From: Planctomycetota bacterium
Lineage (GTDB): Bacteria > Planctomycetota > UBA1135 > UBA2386
Length of the DNA stretch: 64,000 nt
Reading direction: 5' to 3'
Assembly: GCA_947501605.1 (NCBI GenBank)
Contig: CANMWZ010000012.1
Coordinates: forward strand, 32,001 to 96,000
Shown here: piece after piece, positions 59,522 to 64,000 of the stretch
Numbering within the stretch: the stretch's first letter is position 1
Layout of the letters: every line of letters begins with the position of its first letter
Translations under genes and position numbers: made by a program
The notes under the pieces: model-generated
What the model was told of the DNA's origin: nothing
What the model saw: the letters and a program-made list of their open reading frames with translations, nothing else
Databases searched by the model: none

Positions 59522-60903
59522 CACACGACCTCGAACCGATCGCCTTTCTGCGGGACCTCGACCTTGCTGAACCCGTGGTCGCGCAGTTTTTGGGCATACG
59601 ATTCGGCCTGTGGACCCTCGCCGTGCACGACGAACACTTGCCGGCATGTCTTGCGCAGATGGCCGGTCGCCGCGAGCAGTTCTTCGTAGTCTGCATGGGC
59701 CGAGAACCCGGGCATGAACGCGACCTTGCAGGCGACGTCGTACTCGTCGCCATAGATGCGGACGCGCTCCCAGCCGTCGAGCAACTTGCGGCCCAGGGTC
59801 CCCTGCGCCTGGTAGCCAACCAGAAGCAAGCAGTCCTCCTTTCGCCCGACGCTCTGCTTCAGGTGGTGCAGGATGCGGCCGGCCTCGAGCATCCCCGAGG
59901 CGGAGACGATGATCCCCCGCCGCATTGCGTTGAGGGACTTGCTCTCCTCCATGTCGGCGACGTAGCGCACGCCGTCGAAAAAGAAGGGGTTCTCGCCGCG
60001 TTCGAGGATCGCGCGAGTCTCGCGATCGAACAGCTTGGGATGGCGTGCCATGATACTCGTCGCTTCGCGGCTCATCGGTGAGTCGACCCAGATGGGCAGC
60101 TTGGGGATGAGACCCTTCGCCATCAGTTGCCCGAGATAGAGCACGACCGTCTGCGTGCGGCCGACGGAGAATGCGGGGATCAGGATACGCCCGCCGTCCT
60201 GTTGCTCTCTGTTGATGATGCGCATCAACGACTCCCGCATGTCGATCTCCTTGTCATGCAGGCGGTCGCCATAGGTTGACTCTGTGATCAGCACATCGCA
60301 GCGTTCGATGCGGTCCGGATCGCGGAGGATCGGTAGGTTCTTGCGACCGTGATCGCCCGTAAACACGATGCGGCGCTGCTTTCCTTCGTGGTCCACGTCG
60401 AGTTGGACGATCGCGGCACCGAGGATGTGGCCCGCGTCGAGAAACTCACAGCGCACGCCGGGTACGACCTCGAACGGGTGGCGATAGGGCACCGGCCGCA
60501 CCAGTTTGAGCGTTTCGGCAACGTCCATCTCGTCGTAGATCGGCTCGATGTCCTGGCCGTGCTTGCTCAAGTAGCCGAGGTCCTGCGCCTGGATCTTGGC
60601 CGCGTCGTACAACATCAAGTGCAACATGTCGGCCGTTGCCTCGGTGCAGTGGATTGGGCCGCGGAAGCCGTCCTTGACCAGCTTCGGAATCGAGCCGCAG
60701 TGGTCGATGTGCGCGTGCGAGAGCACGAGCACGTCGACCAGAGTGCCGGCGATGGGGAGGTTGCGATTGGCAGCCTCGGCAATCTTGCGCGGGCCCTGCA
60801 CCATGCCGCAATCCAGCAGGATCTTGGTTGGCCCCACCGTCAGCAGGTGTTTGGTGCCGGTTACATGGCGGGCGGCGCCGAGAAACTGGAGCGCGATGGT
60901 CAT
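59521..60903 (-). CDS. MBL-fold beta-CASP ribonuclease (Ysh1/YhfI-like)
   Basis: LSHAHIDHCG, AGHILG, ESTYGDRLH, PAFSVGRTQ, FSAHAD, VVHGE. Confidence 0.92.
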   Translation of the reverse strand: MTIALQFLGAARHVTGTKHLLTVGPTKILLDCGMVQGPRKIAEAANRNLPIAGTLVDVLVLSHAHIDHCGSIPKLVKDGFRGPIHCTEATADMLHLMLYDAAKIQAQDLGYLSKHGQDIEPIYDEMDVAETLKLVRPVPYRHPFEVVPGVRCEFLDAGHILGAAIVQLDVDHEGKQRRIVFTGDHGRKNLPILRDPDRIERCDVLITESTYGDRLHDKEIDMRESLMRIINREQQDGGRILIPAFSVGRTQTVVLYLGQLMAKGLIPKLPIWVDSPMSREATSIMARHPKLFDRETRAILERGENPFFFDGVRYVADMEESKSLNAMRRGIIVSASGMLEAGRILHHLKQSVGRKEDCLLLVGYQAQGTLGRKLLDGWERVRIYGDEYDVACKVAFMPGFSAHADYEELLAATGHLRKTCRQVFVVHGEGPQAESYAQKLRDHGFSKVEVPQKGDRFEVV

Positions 60904-61817
60904 GAGCGGAGGCCTTTCACTCGTTCGCTGTTCTTGAAATGGAGCTTGGCGATGCGACCCATCAATTCTCGGCCGCCGATCGCGAACGCGCGCTTGGCGG
61001 CGACGTCAACCGGCGCCCCACCGCCCTTGTGCAAATCGGTGCCACTCTCGGCCTCGCACTCCTGAAACCCCTCGACGAAGCGCACGCGCGCGACAACGCT
61101 GGCGGCTCCCACGACGGGATGGGCTTCGGCGCGCGGCACCTGCACGAGACGTCGAGGCGGCTTGCCACACCTGGTCGCAAGCCGCGTGCGAATCAGGCTC
61201 TCGTCGGCGAAGCGGTCCACGATCACTGCAGCATCCGGATGGCGCATGAGCAGGGTCGCAATCGCGTCGGCATGCAGATCGGCAAGCACGTGGTTGACGT
61301 TCTTGGCTTCGGACCAGCGCGCGTTGTAGTCCACGGGCATCAGCACGCGCACTTCGCAGTCGAAGCTGCGTTCGATCAACTCTGCCATCGGAAACATGCG
61401 CTGATCCGAGAGAGTCTTGCTGTCAGCGACACCCATGGCCTTCAGCTCTGTGCTCTTGGCTGGTTCGACGTAGACCGATGCGACGACGAGCGGACCGAAG
61501 AAATCACCCTTTCCAGCTTCGTCGGAACCGATGGTCGGCATGTCGAATGGAAGGTCGGGGTCGCCGTCATCGCGCGGCTTCGAAGGCGCCGCCGCGGAGC
61601 CGACGAAGAACTCGTTGACGAAGCTGTCGAGTGACTTGCCTTGGAGCACGATCTTGCCGCTCGTGTAGCACACGAGGCTGACGCCCATCGCCTTGACTGC
61701 GTAGCGCGCATGATCCACGTGGCGCCATTCTGCATCCGGCGGCAAGGCTGCACGAAGGTGCTGCTCGAGCGCTGCCGCGGCGCGCGCATCGAGTGCGAAC
61801 ACCTTCGTCGTCGTCAC
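60900..61817 (-). CDS. rnhC: Ribonuclease HIII
   Basis: N-terminal TBP-like domain (CYTSGKIVLQG); IGSDEAGKGDFFGPLVVA, GVADSKTL, IVDRF, AASVVAR, AKLHFKN. Confidence 0.9.
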   Translation of the reverse strand: MTTTKVFALDARAAAALEQHLRAALPPDAEWRHVDHARYAVKAMGVSLVCYTSGKIVLQGKSLDSFVNEFFVGSAAAPSKPRDDGDPDLPFDMPTIGSDEAGKGDFFGPLVVASVYVEPAKSTELKAMGVADSKTLSDQRMFPMAELIERSFDCEVRVLMPVDYNARWSEAKNVNHVLADLHADAIATLLMRHPDAAVIVDRFADESLIRTRLATRCGKPPRRLVQVPRAEAHPVVGAASVVARVRFVEGFQECEAESGTDLHKGGGAPVDVAAKRAFAIGGRELMGRIAKLHFKNSERVKGLRS

Positions 61818-62119
61818 GTCTTCACCGTGACGGTCCGACTGGACATGGTCAGTGGCAAGATCAGCGGGAACAACAGCAAGTCCGTGAACGAGAACTCGGT
61901 CTCGATCGTGTAGCTCGTCAGGTTGTTGGCGATGTTCTGCGCGTTCACCTCGTTGAGGCGAACGAGGCCGAAGAAGATGTAGTACTGACGAACCGTCGTC
62001 TGACCGATCCCGGTCGGGCCGAGGCCGACGATGTGCTCGTGCGCGACACAGCTGACGCACGGAAGAAAGCAGAACGCAGCGGCCAGTGGCCAGCGCCGAC
62101 GAGTTGCAGGAAGACGCAC
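61814..62119 (-). CDS. Bor/Iss-like small lipoprotein
   Basis: Signal with VSC; QYYIFFGLV...YTIETEFSFTD...SRTVTV. Confidence 0.65.
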   Translation of the reverse strand: MRLPATRRRWPLAAAFCFLPCVSCVAHEHIVGLGPTGIGQTTVRQYYIFFGLVRLNEVNAQNIANNLTSYTIETEFSFTDLLLFPLILPLTMSSRTVTVKT

Positions 62120-62158
62120 GGTGCCGTTGTAGCGCGAGGCGCTGCTTCGGGCATCGGG

Positions 62159-63298
62159 TTAGTCTGCTCGTGGTGGCCCATCCCGATCTGGAGCGTGGAA
62201 GGGGGAATCGCCGAGCTCGTCGTCGGACCAGTCGTCGCGGGGCTCTTCAGCCAGACCGTGCGGTCCGTCATCGACCTCACCGGCGATCGACTCGCTCAAG
62301 GCACGCAAGTCAGACTCGTGGTCCGGCGAAGACTCCGCGTGTTCTGCCGCCTCGACGCCTCGGGACCCGGAGATCGCACTCGTCGCCGCCGCAGCCAGTT
62401 GATTCTGTTCGTCGAGGTCGGCCCGCCGCAGCCGTTCGCGCGCGGCGTTGTCGACCCTAAGTCGCTTGATCAGCGCCATCGCCAGCAAGGGCAGTGTGAG
62501 CACCATAGAGATCGAGAAGAACTGCTCGAGCAACGATCGCCACGCAGCACCAGAGCCGTGGACGACGTGCTCCCGCCACGCTTCCTGCAGCGCGGCGGTC
62601 GGGCGGTGAGTGGCGGCGACGAGCGCGCGATCGAACGAGGTTTCGTCATCGACCGCGGCAGCCATGGCGACCAGGGTCTTGATGTCGTACTCACGCTGGA
62701 GCCACGACACGAAGGAGTAGCTCTGCGCGTAGGCGATGCCGAGCATGTGCCGCCCAGACGGAAACACCGCCTCGAGATCGGAGAACGGGATCAACTGTCC
62801 AGTCGCGGCACGCCAGACGATCATCTCCTCGCTGGCGCCGAGATAGGTGTCGTTGGCTAGCACCTGCGCCAAGCCTTCATGAAACCAGCGCGGGAGCCGA
62901 CCGCCGTGACGGCCACAGTGTTGGTCGAGCAGTTCATGCACGATTTCATGCATGACCACCGGCCGAAGGCCGCGCCCGTTTGCTTTGGTCTCGGCAAGCA
63001 ACAGGTGGATCTCGTGGCGCGCGAGCAGCGCGAAGCCCGGCGAGCCCTCGTGGTGCATGGCTTGGAGTGACTTGGGTAGCTCAGCCCCGGATTCGTGGAC
63101 GATGACGCGAAACGGCTGACGCGGGGCACCGGGAAAAGTCGCACGTAGGGCTAGCAGGCACGGCCCGATCTCTGCCTGCACCGCGGCGATCGACTGCGGA
63201 GCGACATCCGGACTCGCTGCGGATACGGTCACGCGGCCGCCGGACGGATCTTGCGTCCAGCAGCAAAGCAGCAACGAGAGAATGCCCGGCAGGATCAT
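62159..63298 (-). CDS. Peptidase MA-like metallohydrolase with C-terminal TM helix and acidic tail
   Basis: HEIVH, LPRWFHEGLAQ, AYAQSYSFV. Confidence 0.85.
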   Translation of the reverse strand: MILPGILSLLLCCWTQDPSGGRVTVSAASPDVAPQSIAAVQAEIGPCLLALRATFPGAPRQPFRVIVHESGAELPKSLQAMHHEGSPGFALLARHEIHLLLAETKANGRGLRPVVMHEIVHELLDQHCGRHGGRLPRWFHEGLAQVLANDTYLGASEEMIVWRAATGQLIPFSDLEAVFPSGRHMLGIAYAQSYSFVSWLQREYDIKTLVAMAAAVDDETSFDRALVAATHRPTAALQEAWREHVVHGSGAAWRSLLEQFFSISMVLTLPLLAMALIKRLRVDNAARERLRRADLDEQNQLAAAATSAISGSRGVEAAEHAESSPDHESDLRALSESIAGEVDDGPHGLAEEPRDDWSDDELGDSPFHAPDRDGPPRAD

Positions 63299-63363
63299 GC
63301 GCGGGCGCCGTCATAGGCCCGCTTCCCACACCGGAGAAGCCCGCTAACAACAACGAGCGAACG

Positions 63364-63729
63364 ATGAAGACCTGGCAAGTGCTCCTTCCTGTTCCCTGTG
63401 TCCTGGCTCTTCTGGCGATGGTGCCGCAAGACCCCCAGGGCACTCAGGACCCCTCGGTCACCGACGTGTCCAACGTAATGCAGGTTTCGGAACTGCAGTA
63501 TGTCGACCTGCAGGGCAAGACGAGTGTGGTGCCATCCCGCAACGTCTTCGAGGTGCGGTTGCTCGAAGACACCGAGCGCGGCATGCGGATCGAGATCCTC
63601 TACGACAACGGTGATTACTCGCTCATCGACGCACAGGCGATGCACATCCTGCGCAGCGGCAAGGACCCGATGGACGTCCGTTTTGTTCGCAGCGCGCGAT
63701 CGCGCATGCGCTTCCCGAAGATGAAGTGA
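63364..63729 (+). CDS. Secreted hypothetical protein
   Basis: Signal peptide, coding-like codon usage, divergent from the MA peptidase. Confidence 0.65.
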   Translation: MKTWQVLLPVPCVLALLAMVPQDPQGTQDPSVTDVSNVMQVSELQYVDLQGKTSVVPSRNVFEVRLLEDTERGMRIEILYDNGDYSLIDAQAMHILRSGKDPMDVRFVRSARSRMRFPKMK

Positions 63730-63854
63730 CACAGCTTGGTGGCGGCGGGAGCCAGTGACATCGGTGCTTGGTGAGCGCTGTGTCGCGGACTTCACCACCT
63801 GGTGCGCGAACGTCGAAAAGCGTTCGCAGGATCAGGTCGGCTCCCAGGATCGAA

Positions 63855-64000
63855 ATGTCCACAACGTCACATCGCCACCGCCAGAGACTCTTGACCCGCA
63901 GCGACCTCATCGAGCTCTCGGTGGCGGAGGATCGCATCCTGACTTGGCTCGGTAACGGCGAGCTCGTGTGCGTCGGCGAACTGACGGACGAGGCTGCTAC
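63855..64000 (+). CDS. Partial CDS running off the window; N-terminus may be a MerR/excisionase-like HTH
   Basis: AGGA RBS, ATG 63855, open frame MSTTSHRHRQRLLTRSDLIELSVAEDRILTWLGNGEL... (not in the ORF track because it is incomplete). Confidence 0.5.
   Translation, partial: MSTTSHRHRQRLLTRSDLIELSVAEDRILTWLGNGELVCVGELTDEAA

Overview
High-GC, gene-dense bacterial chromosomal segment. It is most consistent with a member of the Planctomycetota (PVC), inferred from the DUF1549/DUF1553 + DUF1501 pair, the BatA/vWA/prenyltransferase-repeat/NPCBM cluster and many signal-peptide hypotheticals. I see no phage, intact transposase or CRISPR array. Contents in order: an ECF sigma / zinc anti-sigma / RseB-like module; tRNA-Arg(CCG); an M61 peptidase; a lexA locus; a DnaQ-like exonuclease and thioesterase; a Fe-siderophore/B12-type ABC importer; an alpha/beta hydrolase; a MacAB-type exporter; DUF3179 plus a Cys-rich lipoprotein; a membrane protein-wHTH regulator-ispH unit; a large secreted HEXXH protein; DUF1553/DUF1501; PPK2; a persulfide dioxygenase-rhodanese-peroxiredoxin fusion; a ~19 kb, 11-gene envelope operon; and a housekeeping run (M48, SDR, lemA, dapF, beta-CASP nuclease, RNase HIII, Bor-like lipoprotein, MA peptidase). 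Most notable: (1) the 11-gene envelope operon, which ends in one active HtrA-like protease and two catalytically dead paralogues; (2) a lexA operon with repeated GTTC-N7-GTTC boxes and an unannotated small membrane protein upstream of lexA; (3) the PDO-rhodanese-Prx fusion; (4) a shared palindromic operator linking a wHTH regulator to ispH. All family calls come from motif recognition by eye, not from database searches.
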